64,000 nucleotides of DNA from Candidatus Spongiisociaceae bacterium (GCA_965202665.1 OZ241841.1:1856001-1920000), one strand, 5' to 3'. Counted from the first letter of the stretch, positions 19,468 to 29,671 are shown. Program-made: numbers and translations. Notes: generated by a model not told the origin, from the sequence alone.

Positions 19468-20679
19468 ATGAGCACCTACACAAGCTACCTTCCCAAGTTG
19501 GATAGCCGCGAGTCGTACATGGACTATCTGGAAGGCTATTTGACGCTGGAAACTTTTGGGCAACCCGAGGCGGGGCGAAGCCCTCTTAAAACGTATATGT
19601 TGGAAACCGCTCGCGGCGAGCGGAGGGAGCGTTCCTTGGCGGAATCCTTTTCTAACGGTATACGTCTGGATGCTATCGACGAAGCGTTGTACGAAGTCTG
19701 GGATAATGAGAACCATCCAGGCGAAATAGTTGGGCTAATTGAGGTTGCAGAAGAGCGCCATCCTGTGTTCTATACTGCTTTTAAATCCGATGAAAGCAAT
19801 AATTGGATAAGTAAAAATGTGGATCAAACCCCTTGGCTTGACAGAATGTGGCTATCTTCGCACATTTTATCCCATATATGGAATCATACACGGAAAGTAT
19901 CTGATCCTGCACGCTATGTTGGATTTGGCTTCGAGCACGAATCTAAATACGAAATGTTAAGTGATGCATCACAATATGAAGATATGGAGATAGGTGAAGG
20001 ATATGAATCACCAGCACCAGATCGTCGAAAAGCAAGGGTATATATCACTGAAAGGCTTGATGTTTTGTCTGACAAATTAGAAAAATTTACTAAATTGTAT
20101 GATCCCTTGCATTCTTTAGTGCAGCTACAAATACCCTCCGATAGTAAAGGAGGTCATCGCTTACATTACGATGGTAGGGCCATAAATCTTAGCGACTCTT
20201 TTTTGGAACATCGTTCTAAAATTATGAGTATAGTGAAGTTGTATAAGAATCTAACAGAAACGGCAGAGGACAAACTGTGGCTAGGCACTACTGATGTTGA
20301 TGGCGGTGGTTTTAGGATGGATGGTGAGCCTATAACAATTCAATTTGAACAAGAACTGTCAGAAGAAACATTCAATAAATTTATAACCTATGGATTACAA
20401 CGCAGGAATAGCATTTTGAGAATAGGTGGTTATCTTCATAATCGCGGGCCGAGGAAAATTCATATGTCTGCTATCGACAGACATTTATGGCAACCTTTTC
20501 TCCTCGAAGCAACAACAAAACATATTATGGTTTTATTACCGCGAGGTACGTGTGGTAACACTATTCACCGTCTTGTTACATATGTGCAACGTTTCATATC
20601 GCCCAAAATAAGCGTGTGGTTGGGAGGCGAATCATATAAAGATGCAGTTGGTTTAGCTAGTAAAGGAAACAGAAAATGA
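19468..20679 (+). CDS. Hypothetical protein (403 aa, low GC)
   Basis: Long AT-rich ORF; no family recognised. Confidence 0.8.
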   Translation: MSTYTSYLPKLDSRESYMDYLEGYLTLETFGQPEAGRSPLKTYMLETARGERRERSLAESFSNGIRLDAIDEALYEVWDNENHPGEIVGLIEVAEERHPVFYTAFKSDESNNWISKNVDQTPWLDRMWLSSHILSHIWNHTRKVSDPARYVGFGFEHESKYEMLSDASQYEDMEIGEGYESPAPDRRKARVYITERLDVLSDKLEKFTKLYDPLHSLVQLQIPSDSKGGHRLHYDGRAINLSDSFLEHRSKIMSIVKLYKNLTETAEDKLWLGTTDVDGGGFRMDGEPITIQFEQELSEETFNKFITYGLQRRNSILRIGGYLHNRGPRKIHMSAIDRHLWQPFLLEATTKHIMVLLPRGTCGNTIHRLVTYVQRFISPKISVWLGGESYKDAVGLASKGNRK

Positions 20680-21773
20680 GCGATTCTATTCAGTTGATTG
20701 ATGATCCTGCTCAATTGCTTAGTGATCCTGTTTTTCAACTAAATATGGTTATTTGGTCTGTGAAAGATTTACCTAAAGATGGTAACTCACAGATAAACCC
20801 ATTTCTTAAGGAGGCAGGTTATTATATCGTTGCCCTTAACCGGAGAATTCTACTAACGGAGATTGGTGATAGGAGTTCTTTTTTTGAATTAGTACCAGAT
20901 TGGAGTCCTCCTGTTCCAGATGTATGGTTGAGGCATGAAAGTGATAATTTTGATCTAATATTAGAATTAAAGTCGCGTGGTTTTGGAGAAAAATCTTCAA
21001 AAAAAATAAAGCAAATTTATAAAATGTTGGCTGCGTCGTTCGACCTGTCCTCTTCTATTGGTATCAAAGATAGGAAACCTGGATTTTTTATTATTATGAC
21101 TTTACATAAAGATGCCGACAAAATGACAGACACTCTAAATTTGTTGAAGTCGACATTAGAGGAAGTGCAGATTTCGTCCGCGCCTGTAGCTGTTATAGGT
21201 CTTGATCATAGTCAAAATAATTGGCTGTGGAATAGTCTTAATCCTTCCACTTTACCTAAACCTTTATGCAAGGGTTTATCCCAACCTGTTACTGTACTGA
21301 GATCCATGGGACATATAGAAGATATCATTCCAATGTACTTTATACCTTGGCTTCCAGAAGTTGATGACGAATCTTCACCCCTTATTTCAGATGGTTTGGC
21401 TGTATTGACTGGGCGCGTGTTATCTTATGTTCAAAAGGAAATAAAAAATGCCGAACCTCCTGTCATGCTATCATTGAGAGCAGATTCTCTGCTCCAAGAA
21501 GCCACTTATGGTGTATTTAACCATTGGAAAGGTAAGGATAGAAAAAATTTTACAAAAAAGGTAATAAATATTATATCAAAAAATATTAATGCCATTAGTA
21601 TTTCCTATAAGAGCGATAAGGAAGTAGGTATTGAAATTAAAACAGAATCTATCCGTGAAGATATTTTGAAAGAATTGGAACGCGTTGAAATTAATAGCTT
21701 TGATAAGAACCTTGAGGGTGCTAGCTCGTCTGTACAGCCACATTTATTTGGTAGCATGGAATGGGAGGGATAG
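20676..21773 (+). CDS. Hypothetical protein with PD-(D/E)xK nuclease-like motif
   Basis: ATGA overlap with upstream gene; PVPDVWL...LILELKSRGF. Confidence 0.65.
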   Translation: MSDSIQLIDDPAQLLSDPVFQLNMVIWSVKDLPKDGNSQINPFLKEAGYYIVALNRRILLTEIGDRSSFFELVPDWSPPVPDVWLRHESDNFDLILELKSRGFGEKSSKKIKQIYKMLAASFDLSSSIGIKDRKPGFFIIMTLHKDADKMTDTLNLLKSTLEEVQISSAPVAVIGLDHSQNNWLWNSLNPSTLPKPLCKGLSQPVTVLRSMGHIEDIIPMYFIPWLPEVDDESSPLISDGLAVLTGRVLSYVQKEIKNAEPPVMLSLRADSLLQEATYGVFNHWKGKDRKNFTKKVINIISKNINAISISYKSDKEVGIEIKTESIREDILKELERVEINSFDKNLEGASSSVQPHLFGSMEWEG

Positions 21774-21825
21774 TGGAGTGGATGATTTCTGCTAGTTGGG
21801 TTAGTTGGCAAGGAGGCGAAGCGAT

Positions 21826-22119
21826 ATGACAACTTCAGCAACTAGGTCGGAGGTGCGGACTATTACGGCCTCTGAGTTCCGAGCCAAGTGTTTGGCCTTG
21901 ATAGATGAGGTGGCGGAGACCGGTGAGGAGATACTGATCACCAAGCGGGGTAAACCGGTGGCGCGGCTGACCGCCTATTGGGAAAGGCCCAAAACTCTCT
22001 ATGGTAAATATCGAGGTCAGATCAAAATCTATGGCGACCTTGATGAGTTGGATGATGAAGGTTGGGAGGAGGAGGTCCTGAGCAAATGGGATGAACGGCT
22101 TGCCTCGCCATCCCCCTAA
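21826..22119 (+). CDS. Phd/YefM antitoxin (copy 1)
   Basis: ASEFRAKCLALIDEVAETGEEILITKRGKPVARL; AGGAGG RBS. Confidence 0.9.
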   Translation: MTTSATRSEVRTITASEFRAKCLALIDEVAETGEEILITKRGKPVARLTAYWERPKTLYGKYRGQIKIYGDLDELDDEGWEEEVLSKWDERLASPSP

Positions 22120-22120
22120 T

Positions 22121-22149
22121 TTGACTATGGTCATGACCATGGTTATAAT
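22121..22149 (+). promoter_or_regulatory. sigma70 promoter with palindromic operator
   Basis: TTGACT-17 nt-TATAAT; the spacer holds the perfect palindrome ATGGTCATGACCAT. Confidence 0.8.
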
Positions 22150-22183
22150 ATAGATAGTCGGCACAGAAGCGAAAGGAAAACGA

Positions 22184-22465
22184 ATGACAACTTTAACCGC
22201 TGAGTCGCAGGTTAGGACCATCTCGGCCTCTGAGTTTAAGGCCAAGTGCTTGGGGTTGATGGACGAGGTGGCGGAGACCGGTGAGGAGATCGTGATCACC
22301 AAGCGGGGCAACCCGGTGGCGCGGTTGGTCCCGTCGCGGGAAAGGTTCAAGGCTCCGTTCGGTTTTTACAAGGATCGGATGGAAATTCTAGGAGACATCA
22401 TAAGCCCGATTGACGACATGGAATGGGAGGAGGAATGGCTCAAGCAATGGGATGAATTGATGTGA
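22184..22465 (+). CDS. Phd/YefM antitoxin (copy 2)
   Basis: ASEFKAKCLGLMDEVAETGEEIVITKRGNPVARL. Confidence 0.92.
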   Translation: MTTLTAESQVRTISASEFKAKCLGLMDEVAETGEEIVITKRGNPVARLVPSRERFKAPFGFYKDRMEILGDIISPIDDMEWEEEWLKQWDELM

Positions 22466-22863
22466 CCCTGCTAGACACGCATGTTCTTCTTTGGTTGATG
22501 TCGGATAACCCTAGGCTGGCCCAAGATGTTCGAAAGATGATTGAACGGTCTTGGAGTGAGGGCGAGGCAGTTGCATCGGCGATATCTTTTTGGGAGATGG
22601 CGATGTCGCAACAAAAGGGGCGACTCAGAATAATGGTTGAAATTGGACAGGTCCGCGAGAATTTTTTGCGGCAGGGGCTGAAGGAGATTGCCGTGAGCGG
22701 TGAGATCGGCATTAGGGCCGTGTCGTTGCCTGATTTTCATAAAGATCCGGCTGACCGGCTGATTGTCGCCACTGCGTTGGAGGGGGACCATCGGCTGGTT
22801 ACGGCGGATGGGAAGATTCTGGCTTGGCCGGGGCCGTTGCGGCGTTTGCCCGCCGGGGTTTAG
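22462..22863 (+). CDS. vapC: VapC PIN-domain toxin
   Basis: LLDTHVLLW, SAISFWE, HKDPADRLIVATA, LVTAD. Confidence 0.93.
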   Translation: MTLLDTHVLLWLMSDNPRLAQDVRKMIERSWSEGEAVASAISFWEMAMSQQKGRLRIMVEIGQVRENFLRQGLKEIAVSGEIGIRAVSLPDFHKDPADRLIVATALEGDHRLVTADGKILAWPGPLRRLPAGV

Positions 22864-24497
22864 CGGGCGGGGGCGGAAAGCAGGACTCCGGTGGTGTCCG
22901 GGAAGGTGGGGACGGCGTCCGGGTCTCCCTGGTCGCCGAGGCGGGTGTCTATTTCTATTACCGGGAACTCGTCGAAGACGCCGGGGCGGGGGCGGAGGTA
23001 GAGCGTTTCCACATCGCCCGGGAACTCGAAGTCCAAGGATCCGCGTAGCGGTTCGCCGGGGGAGAAGTCGCCGGACAGAATCCCCAGCGGGAAAAAACAT
23101 TGCGAATGCTTGAACTCGCACAGTTGGAATACGGGCCAGCCGTCGAAGAAGCCGCTTTGGCCGTCGGCCGACTCCACCAAGGCGTAAATCGAAACAATCC
23201 GAAAATCGGGGACGCCCTCCTCCATTTCCTCAGTCGAATCGAAGTAGATCACCGATTCGATGGAAAACCGCAACCGGTCGTTGACCAGGACATCGTCCAC
23301 TCCCGCCACTGACAGGCTGGGGTAGCCGGCGGTTTTTCCCTGCGCGCCCCGCCGGGCGTCGAACTCAAAAATCCCGTAGAAACCGTTGAAGGTGTTTTCC
23401 ACGGTCAGATAGACGATGGAAGCCTCCTCCGGAATCAGAAACCCGGCGGTGCCGCGAAACGGTTGGCCGTCGCCGACTTCCCCATCCAGGCCGGTTCCCG
23501 CAAACGACTGTTCCTGCCAGCGGAAGCCGTCCGGGGTGCGCGCTTCGATGAACAGGTCGTCCAAGTTTTCCAGAAAGCCGGAAGTCACCTCCGCCGATCC
23601 GAAAACTTTCAGATGCCGCATGCCGGGCGGGGGCTTATTGCCCAAATCGTCCACCTCCGGGAAGTCCGCTCCCTCCATGGCGAACCGCAGGCTGAAATCA
23701 AAATCCTCGACTATGAACGAATCCCCCACCCGAAACGTTTCACTGGGAACGAAGACGGGGTCGGAGCCCGGCTCTCCGAACGGGCCCCGTTCGGGGCGGA
23801 CCATGAACCGGCGGCGCCGCACCGGAATGTCCCGGTCGGGAATGACCGGTTCCAGATTCACCGACAACACCACTTCGTCCGCCTCCTCTGGAATCTGGAA
23901 CCCGGCGGTCCCCCTCACCGGCAGGCCGGGCAACAACGAACCGTCCAGGGAAGAATCGTAGGGGTCGAAAGTGTCGTACCAGCGTTGCCCGCCCCCGGTG
24001 GTCACCTCCAAATCTTGCCAGGGCAGGAAAACCTGCGGGGAGTCGGTGAGGTTCTCCACCAGCAGGTGAAACCGGATGTGCCGCAGGCCGGGGCGGGGAG
24101 GGTCGCCGTTTACGTCCGACTCCGGGTAGGTGACCGCCTCCAGTTGCACCCGCACCACCGGGCCTCCGTCGGACGGCGCCGCGGGGAGAATCAGGGTCTC
24201 CGGCGGGGGCTCCAGCGGAACCTCTTCCGGCGGGATGGCGGAGGAGGAGGGCGGGCCGTCCGGTTCGGCGCCGGTCGGGGGCGGGTCGGACGGTTCGGGG
24301 GCGGCGGAGGGCGGTGAGGTTCCGCCGGGGCCGGGATCGGCTCCCGGGTTTTCCGCCGTCGCCGGCGGGGCGGGCGCCTCCGTTGCGGCCGGGTCGGCGG
24401 CTTCCCCCCCGCACGAGGCGACGGACAGGGCCAGCAACCCCGCAAGGGCCGTCCCCATCGCTACTCTGGCGGCGGCGGATGCGGTCACCCCCCGCAT
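22860..24497 (-). CDS. Lipoprotein with Pro-rich linker and three DUF4352-like beta domains
   Basis: Lipobox-like SVASC; repeated G.P.RGTAGF.IPEEA / RGSLDFEFP. Confidence 0.7.
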   Translation of the reverse strand: MRGVTASAAARVAMGTALAGLLALSVASCGGEAADPAATEAPAPPATAENPGADPGPGGTSPPSAAPEPSDPPPTGAEPDGPPSSSAIPPEEVPLEPPPETLILPAAPSDGGPVVRVQLEAVTYPESDVNGDPPRPGLRHIRFHLLVENLTDSPQVFLPWQDLEVTTGGGQRWYDTFDPYDSSLDGSLLPGLPVRGTAGFQIPEEADEVVLSVNLEPVIPDRDIPVRRRRFMVRPERGPFGEPGSDPVFVPSETFRVGDSFIVEDFDFSLRFAMEGADFPEVDDLGNKPPPGMRHLKVFGSAEVTSGFLENLDDLFIEARTPDGFRWQEQSFAGTGLDGEVGDGQPFRGTAGFLIPEEASIVYLTVENTFNGFYGIFEFDARRGAQGKTAGYPSLSVAGVDDVLVNDRLRFSIESVIYFDSTEEMEEGVPDFRIVSIYALVESADGQSGFFDGWPVFQLCEFKHSQCFFPLGILSGDFSPGEPLRGSLDFEFPGDVETLYLRPRPGVFDEFPVIEIDTRLGDQGDPDAVPTFPDTTGVLLSAPAR

Positions 24498-24514
24498 ACT
24501 ATGAAGTCAAGCGT

Positions 24515-24574
24515 AAAAAGACGGCCCCTCCGCCAGCGGGCTTTCGCCCGTGGAGATTGGACGGCGGAGGGGCC
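24515..24574 (-). terminator. Putative terminator of the serine hydrolase gene
   Basis: GGCCCCTCCGCC...GGCGGAGGGGCC stem enclosing a CGGGC-GAAA-GCCCG hairpin, followed by a U-tract on the minus strand. Confidence 0.5.
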
Positions 24575-24588
24575 CGGCGTGCGGGCGG

Positions 24589-25770
24589 TCAGACGGCGTG
24601 TTCGTACACCGCCTTCTCGAAGTCCAGGTATCCGCCCACCGAAGTCGGGTCGGCGAAGGGGAAAATCTGGGTGGCCCAGAATCCCCCCACGCCGTTGCTC
24701 CGGTCAATCCAGTAGTAAAGGTTGGCCAAACCCGCCCAAGCCAGCGAACCGGCCAGGCGGCCGGTGGGGGCGTCCTCCTCGTTGATCATAAAAGTCAACG
24801 CCCAAGACTTGGGCATGCCCGGGAAAAACTCGGCGTAGTTGGAAAGGGTCGGGATAACCCCGGGGAGTCCTTTGATTTTCATATCCCCTTCCAGGCCGTT
24901 GCGCTCCGCCATCTCCACGGTTTTCCCGTCCAGCACCGGTCCCTTCGGCCCCATCCCGTCGTTCAGCCACATCCGGATGAAACGGCAATAGTCTTCGGCG
25001 GTGGAATAGAGGCCGTGGCCGGCCATATGCACCTCCGGGTCGGACGGCAGTTCGAAGCCCATCGGCTCCAACGACCCGTCATCCCCGCGCTGGTGAATGT
25101 CGGCCAGGCGGCTGCGCATCTCCCCGTTGAGGGTGAAAGAAGTGGAGTTCATTCCCAACGGTTCCAGAATCCGCTCGCTCATCACCTCCCCCAGCCTTTT
25201 GCCGGCGATCCCCTCCACCACCTGCCCCGCCCAGTCGATGTTGGAGCCGTACTCCCACTCTTCGCCCGGATCGAACAGCAACGGGGTGGTTAGGGAAGCC
25301 TTGGAGGAGGTTATCACGCTCGGCTGGCCGCGCTCCTCCGCCAGGCGGTTGTAGGTTTCATTGAAAAAGTCGTAACCGAACCCGGCGGTGTGCAGAAGCA
25401 ACATGCGGGTGGTCACATCCCGTTTCGGCGGGCGCAACATCGGGTCGCCGTTCTGATCGAACCCGTCCAGAACCTGCAAGTCGCCGATTTCGGGAGCGTA
25501 GTTTTTAGCGGGGGCGTCCAAGTCCAGCGAACCGTCCTCCACCAGTTGCAGGCAGGCCGTGCCCGCGATGGCTTTGGTGGTGGAGAAAATGGCGCACACC
25601 GTGTCGGAGGTCATAGCCTCCTCCCCGCCCAAAACCCTCGTCCCGGCCGCTCCCCGGTAAATGTCCCCTTCCCGATCGGCGGCCACCGCCGTCACGCCGG
25701 GAACCCGGGGATTTGACTCAACCACCCCCCGCAGGATCGCATCCGCCGCCGTCTGCAAACTGTCGCTCAT
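24589..25770 (-). CDS. Beta-lactamase-fold serine hydrolase/esterase (family VIII)
   Basis: FSTTK (SxxK), [26 protein letters not shown]; start MSDSLQ after AAGGAGG. Confidence 0.9.
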   Translation of the reverse strand: MSDSLQTAADAILRGVVESNPRVPGVTAVAADREGDIYRGAAGTRVLGGEEAMTSDTVCAIFSTTKAIAGTACLQLVEDGSLDLDAPAKNYAPEIGDLQVLDGFDQNGDPMLRPPKRDVTTRMLLLHTAGFGYDFFNETYNRLAEERGQPSVITSSKASLTTPLLFDPGEEWEYGSNIDWAGQVVEGIAGKRLGEVMSERILEPLGMNSTSFTLNGEMRSRLADIHQRGDDGSLEPMGFELPSDPEVHMAGHGLYSTAEDYCRFIRMWLNDGMGPKGPVLDGKTVEMAERNGLEGDMKIKGLPGVIPTLSNYAEFFPGMPKSWALTFMINEEDAPTGRLAGSLAWAGLANLYYWIDRSNGVGGFWATQIFPFADPTSVGGYLDFEKAVYEHAV

Positions 25771-25883
25771 TGCTTCCTCCTTACTCCGAACAAATAGCGC
25801 ACCGCTCAAAATACCAGCCGGATTTCCGCCGCGCCCCGAAAAAGGCGATTTTTGCAGGGCGGCGGAACGGGGGGCCGGGGGAG

Positions 25884-25978
25884 TGGCGGAGGCGGACGGG
25901 AATCGAACCCGCCGGGGCACTTACGTACCCCCACTGGTTTTGAAGACCAGGGAGCCCACCAGGCGCTCGTTCGCCTCC
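25884..25978 (-). tRNA. selC: tRNA-Sec (UCA)
   Basis: GGAGGCG acceptor stem, CUUCAAA anticodon loop, long variable arm, GGUUCGAUUCC T-arm, GCCA end; 95 nt. Confidence 0.95.
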
Positions 25979-26086
25979 GCTCACAGGATACCGCCCCGGC
26001 GGGCGGCCCGTCCGCGCCTACTAACCTGTTCCCCAGGCCGCCCGGCGCGGGGCGGAACCGGAACGACCAAAGGGGTTTCATCAACA

Positions 26087-26395
26087 GTGACCGCGGACAA
26101 CCGTGACGCAATCGAATCCAACGGCTATCGGATACTGCCCGGCTGGCGGGTGGGGCGCCTGCGGGAAGAGTCGGCCACCCGCTCCGGGTTGCTGGTGCCC
26201 GCCGGAACCGAATCCACCACCGACGCCTTGGCCCTGGTGGACATTGTCACCGGGTTGCGTTTTTGGGCGGTGCCGACCGGGGCGTGGCGGTTTCTGTGGC
26301 CGGACAGCGGACGGGTGGCGGTGGCGGTGCGCGAATCCCAAATCATCGCCGAAGAGCAGGACGGCTCCCCCGCCGATGAGAACTCCTATCTGTAA
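26087..26395 (+). CDS. Hypothetical protein, weakly GroES-like
   Basis: GTG at 26087; EESATRSGLLVP and VRESQIIA resemble GroES motifs. Confidence 0.45.
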   Translation: MTADNRDAIESNGYRILPGWRVGRLREESATRSGLLVPAGTESTTDALALVDIVTGLRFWAVPTGAWRFLWPDSGRVAVAVRESQIIAEEQDGSPADENSYL

Positions 26396-26419
26396 GGGCC
26401 CGCGCCGGACGGTGCCCGC

Positions 26420-27739
26420 TTGAGCGCGGCGACCGCCGGGGAAGGGGGGCGGGGGCGCCGCCGCCTCACCGCCACCGTAACCGACTTGGAGGTTCCCCGG
26501 CAACGGGCTTTTCTGGTGGGCGTCGATTTCACCTCCGGCCGGGGGGCCGCGGAGCGGTCGCTGATCGAACTGGCCCTGCTGACCGACACCGCCGGTTCCA
26601 CCCCGGTGGGGGAGGCGATCGTGAAACGGGCCAAACCGGATCCGGCTACTTTCATCGGGGCCGGCCAGGCCGGGGAGGCAGCCCGGGAGGCGGCCGCCCT
26701 GGAAGCGGACGTGGCGGTGTTCGATCATGACCTCACCCCCGGCCAGCAACGCAACCTGCAAGGCCTGTTTAAATGCGACGTGGTGGACCGGGTGGCGGTG
26801 ATCCTGGATATTTTCGCGCAGCACGCCGCCAGCCGGGAAGGGATGCTTCAAGTGGAGTTGGCCCTGTTGCGCTACCACCTGCCCCGGTTGCGCGGCAAAG
26901 GAACCGCCCTCAGCCGGCTGGGGGCGGGCATCGGAACCCGGGGGCCGGGGGAAACCAAACTGGAAACCGACCGGCGGCGGATAATGAGCCGCATCTCCCA
27001 TTTGGAACGGCAGTTGAAAAAAGTGCGGGGGGCGCGGGCCGTGCAACGCAAATCGCGGTCCGCCTCCAGTTTGCCCGTGGCCGCCCTGGTCGGTTACGCC
27101 AACGCAGGCAAATCCACTCTGATGAACGCCCTCACCGACGCCGATGTGAAAGTGGAGGACCGGCTGTTTTCCACAGTGGATTCCACCATCCGCCGTTGCC
27201 CGCTGCCCGGCGGGGGGCGGATTTTGCTGTCGGACACGGTCGGGTTCGTGGAGCGCCTTCCCCACCAGCTGGTGGAGGCTTTCGGAGCCACCCTGTCGGA
27301 GACGGCGGGCGCCGACCTGCTGATTCACGTGGTGGACGCCTCCCATCCCGGGGCGGAGCGGCAGATGGCGGCGGTGCGGGAGGTCCTGCAGGACATCGGG
27401 GCCTCCTCCGTTCCCGAGTTGGTGGTGTTCAACAAGGCCGACGCCGCCGCCGAAGCCGACCTGGGCCGGTTGGAATATCACTTTCCGCAGGGAACGGCCG
27501 TTTCCGCCCGCTACGGAACCGGGTTGGCCGGGTTGCGGGAACTGATCGTCTCCTATCTGGCCAGGGGCTCCGCCTTGTTGGAACTGCTGGTTCCCTATCG
27601 GAACGGGAGCGCCCTGGCCCGGTTGCGCCGCGATGGGGAGGTGCTGAAAGAAAACCATTCGGAGGAGGGAACCAGGGTCAGCGTCCGCCTGCCGCCCGCC
27701 GCCGCCGGCCGCTACCGGCAATACGAAATCAGGGACTGA
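26420..27739 (+). CDS. hflX: GTPase HflX
   Basis: ILDIFAQHA, GTRGPGETKLETDRR, GYANAGKST, DTVG, NKAD. Confidence 0.96.
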   Translation: MSAATAGEGGRGRRRLTATVTDLEVPRQRAFLVGVDFTSGRGAAERSLIELALLTDTAGSTPVGEAIVKRAKPDPATFIGAGQAGEAAREAAALEADVAVFDHDLTPGQQRNLQGLFKCDVVDRVAVILDIFAQHAASREGMLQVELALLRYHLPRLRGKGTALSRLGAGIGTRGPGETKLETDRRRIMSRISHLERQLKKVRGARAVQRKSRSASSLPVAALVGYANAGKSTLMNALTDADVKVEDRLFSTVDSTIRRCPLPGGGRILLSDTVGFVERLPHQLVEAFGATLSETAGADLLIHVVDASHPGAERQMAAVREVLQDIGASSVPELVVFNKADAAAEADLGRLEYHFPQGTAVSARYGTGLAGLRELIVSYLARGSALLELLVPYRNGSALARLRRDGEVLKENHSEEGTRVSVRLPPAAAGRYRQYEIRD

Positions 27740-27787
27740 CGTCCGCTCCCGTCCGGACGCCGCCCGGCGGGGGTTTATCATTGGAGG

Positions 27788-28936
27788 ATGGGACGGCCGA
27801 TGGATTCCGCCGATGTGATCGTGGTCGGGTTGGGCGCGCACGGCTCCGCCGCCGCCTCCGCTTTGGCCCGGCGCGGGCTGACGGTGCTCGGCTTCGACAT
27901 GGACGCCCCGCCCCACGCCCTCGGCTCCAGCCATGGGGAAACGCGGGTTATCCGGGAGGTGTACGGGGAGCATCCCGCCTACGTGCCGGTCGTGCAACAT
28001 GCCTACCGGCTGTGGAGGCGGCTGGAGGAAGAAGCCGACCCGCCCGCGCAACTGCTGCGCGTCACCGGCGGTATTTCCATCGGACAGCCGGGGAGCGAAA
28101 CGTTGGCCGGCGTGGAACGTTCCTCGCAGGAGCACGGCCTGCCCTACGAACTGCTGGACGCCGACGAAATTGGCGCCCGCTGGCCGCAGTTCAACCCGGC
28201 GCGGGAGATGGCGGGGGCGTACGATCCCAACGCCGGGGCGTTGTTCGTGGAGCCCTGCCTGCGGGCCATGTTGGACGACGCCGCCCGGCGCGGGGCCCGG
28301 CTTCGCATGCGGGAGCCGGTGCGCAAATGGCATCCGGACGGGGAAGGGATCCGGGCGTACACCGACGAGGGGGAATATTCAGCCGGGCGCATCGTGTTCG
28401 CCGCCGGGGCCTGGAACCGGCGTTGGCTGTCCAAACTGAATCTGCCGTTGCGGGTGGAAAGGCAGGTGCTGGTTTGGTTCCAGCCTCTCCAACCGGAACT
28501 GTTCGGGCCCGACCGGTGCCCCAACCACGCTTGGGAGTGGAAACCGGGCGCATGGCTGTACTGCCAGCCCGACTACGGGAGGGGGGCGAAAACCGCTTTC
28601 CACCACGACGGGGAAATGTACGACGACCCCGAATCTTTGGACCGGGAGGTGCGTCCCGCCGACGAGGGGAACCTGCGCGCCGCCGTCTCGGATATCTTGC
28701 CCGCGATGGGCGGGGCGGTCCTCCGTTCGGCGGTTTGCATGTACACCGACACCCCCGATGAGCATTTCCTGCTGGACGTCCATCCCGGTCATTCCAACGT
28801 GGTTATAGTCAGCGCCTGCTCCGGGCACGGGTTCAAATTTTCGCCCGCCATCGGGGAGATAGCAGCCGACTTGGCCGTCGGTCGAAAACCCCCGTACGAC
28901 ATTTCCATGTTCGGCATCGGGCGGTTGTTAAAATAG
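27788..28936 (+). CDS. solA: N-methyl-L-tryptophan/sarcosine oxidase family flavoprotein
   Basis: GLGAHG, GSSHGETR, CMYTDTPD, CSGHGFKF. Confidence 0.88.
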   Translation: MGRPMDSADVIVVGLGAHGSAAASALARRGLTVLGFDMDAPPHALGSSHGETRVIREVYGEHPAYVPVVQHAYRLWRRLEEEADPPAQLLRVTGGISIGQPGSETLAGVERSSQEHGLPYELLDADEIGARWPQFNPAREMAGAYDPNAGALFVEPCLRAMLDDAARRGARLRMREPVRKWHPDGEGIRAYTDEGEYSAGRIVFAAGAWNRRWLSKLNLPLRVERQVLVWFQPLQPELFGPDRCPNHAWEWKPGAWLYCQPDYGRGAKTAFHHDGEMYDDPESLDREVRPADEGNLRAAVSDILPAMGGAVLRSAVCMYTDTPDEHFLLDVHPGHSNVVIVSACSGHGFKFSPAIGEIAADLAVGRKPPYDISMFGIGRLLK

Positions 28937-28963
28937 GCGGCCGCCGGCGGGCGGGAGGTCGGG

Positions 28964-29671
28964 TTGATGGTTGAATGGGGTTATTCCGGGGCCGGGGCCC
29001 CCGCCAACTGGGCGGACCTGTCGCCCGAATATGAGAAATGCGGGTCGGGGGAGCGGCAGTCCCCCATCGACATCACCGGTTACGCATCGGCCGACCCGCC
29101 GCCGCTTCGTTTCTCCTACGGGGGCGCGGCCCCGAACGAGTTGACCAACAACGGGCACGCCGTTTACATCAACTACGCGGAGGGCAACCGGTTTGAGTTC
29201 TCCGGCCGCAATTACGAGTTGACGCAGGCCCACTTTCACACGCCGGGCGAGCATTTGCTGGACGGGGAGTCGTTCGCCGCCGAACTGCATCTGGTGCATC
29301 GGCGGGCGTCGGGCGAGTTTGCGGTGGTCGGTTTCCTATACCGGCTGGGGGAACCCGATCCGATGTTGGAAGAGTTGCTGAACCGGGCTCCGGCGGCTGG
29401 GGAGGCGGCGCGCAACGAAGAGGGTTCGCTGGACGGGCTGGGCGCGGCCGTTCTGGTTCCCGAAGACAAAGGTTTTTACATGTACGGGGGTTCCACCACC
29501 ACCCCGCCCTGCTTTGAGCCGGTGGAATGGTTCGTGATGGCGGAGGCGCGGTCGGCATCGCAGGGGCAGGTGGATCGTTTGGAGGCGAAGACGGCGGGCG
29601 GACCCACCAACCGCCCCGTTCAGCCCCGCAACGGCCGGGAACTGATTTTCACCGGCTCCCGTCTTGCTTAG
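28964..29671 (+). CDS. Alpha-class carbonic anhydrase
   Basis: WGYSG, QSPIDI, NNGH, HFH..GEH, ELHLVH, GSTTTPPC. Confidence 0.92.
   Translation: MMVEWGYSGAGAPANWADLSPEYEKCGSGERQSPIDITGYASADPPPLRFSYGGAAPNELTNNGHAVYINYAEGNRFEFSGRNYELTQAHFHTPGEHLLDGESFAAELHLVHRRASGEFAVVGFLYRLGEPDPMLEELLNRAPAAGEAARNEEGSLDGLGAAVLVPEDKGFYMYGGSTTTPPCFEPVEWFVMAEARSASQGQVDRLEAKTAGGPTNRPVQPRNGRELIFTGSRLA

Noticed and set aside
10340-22863. Defence island as an intact mobile element
   Set aside because: No integrase, transposase or terminal repeats identified
25884-25978. tRNA-Sec as an island integration site
   Set aside because: No adjacent integrase, and no duplicated tRNA 3' end noticed in the window
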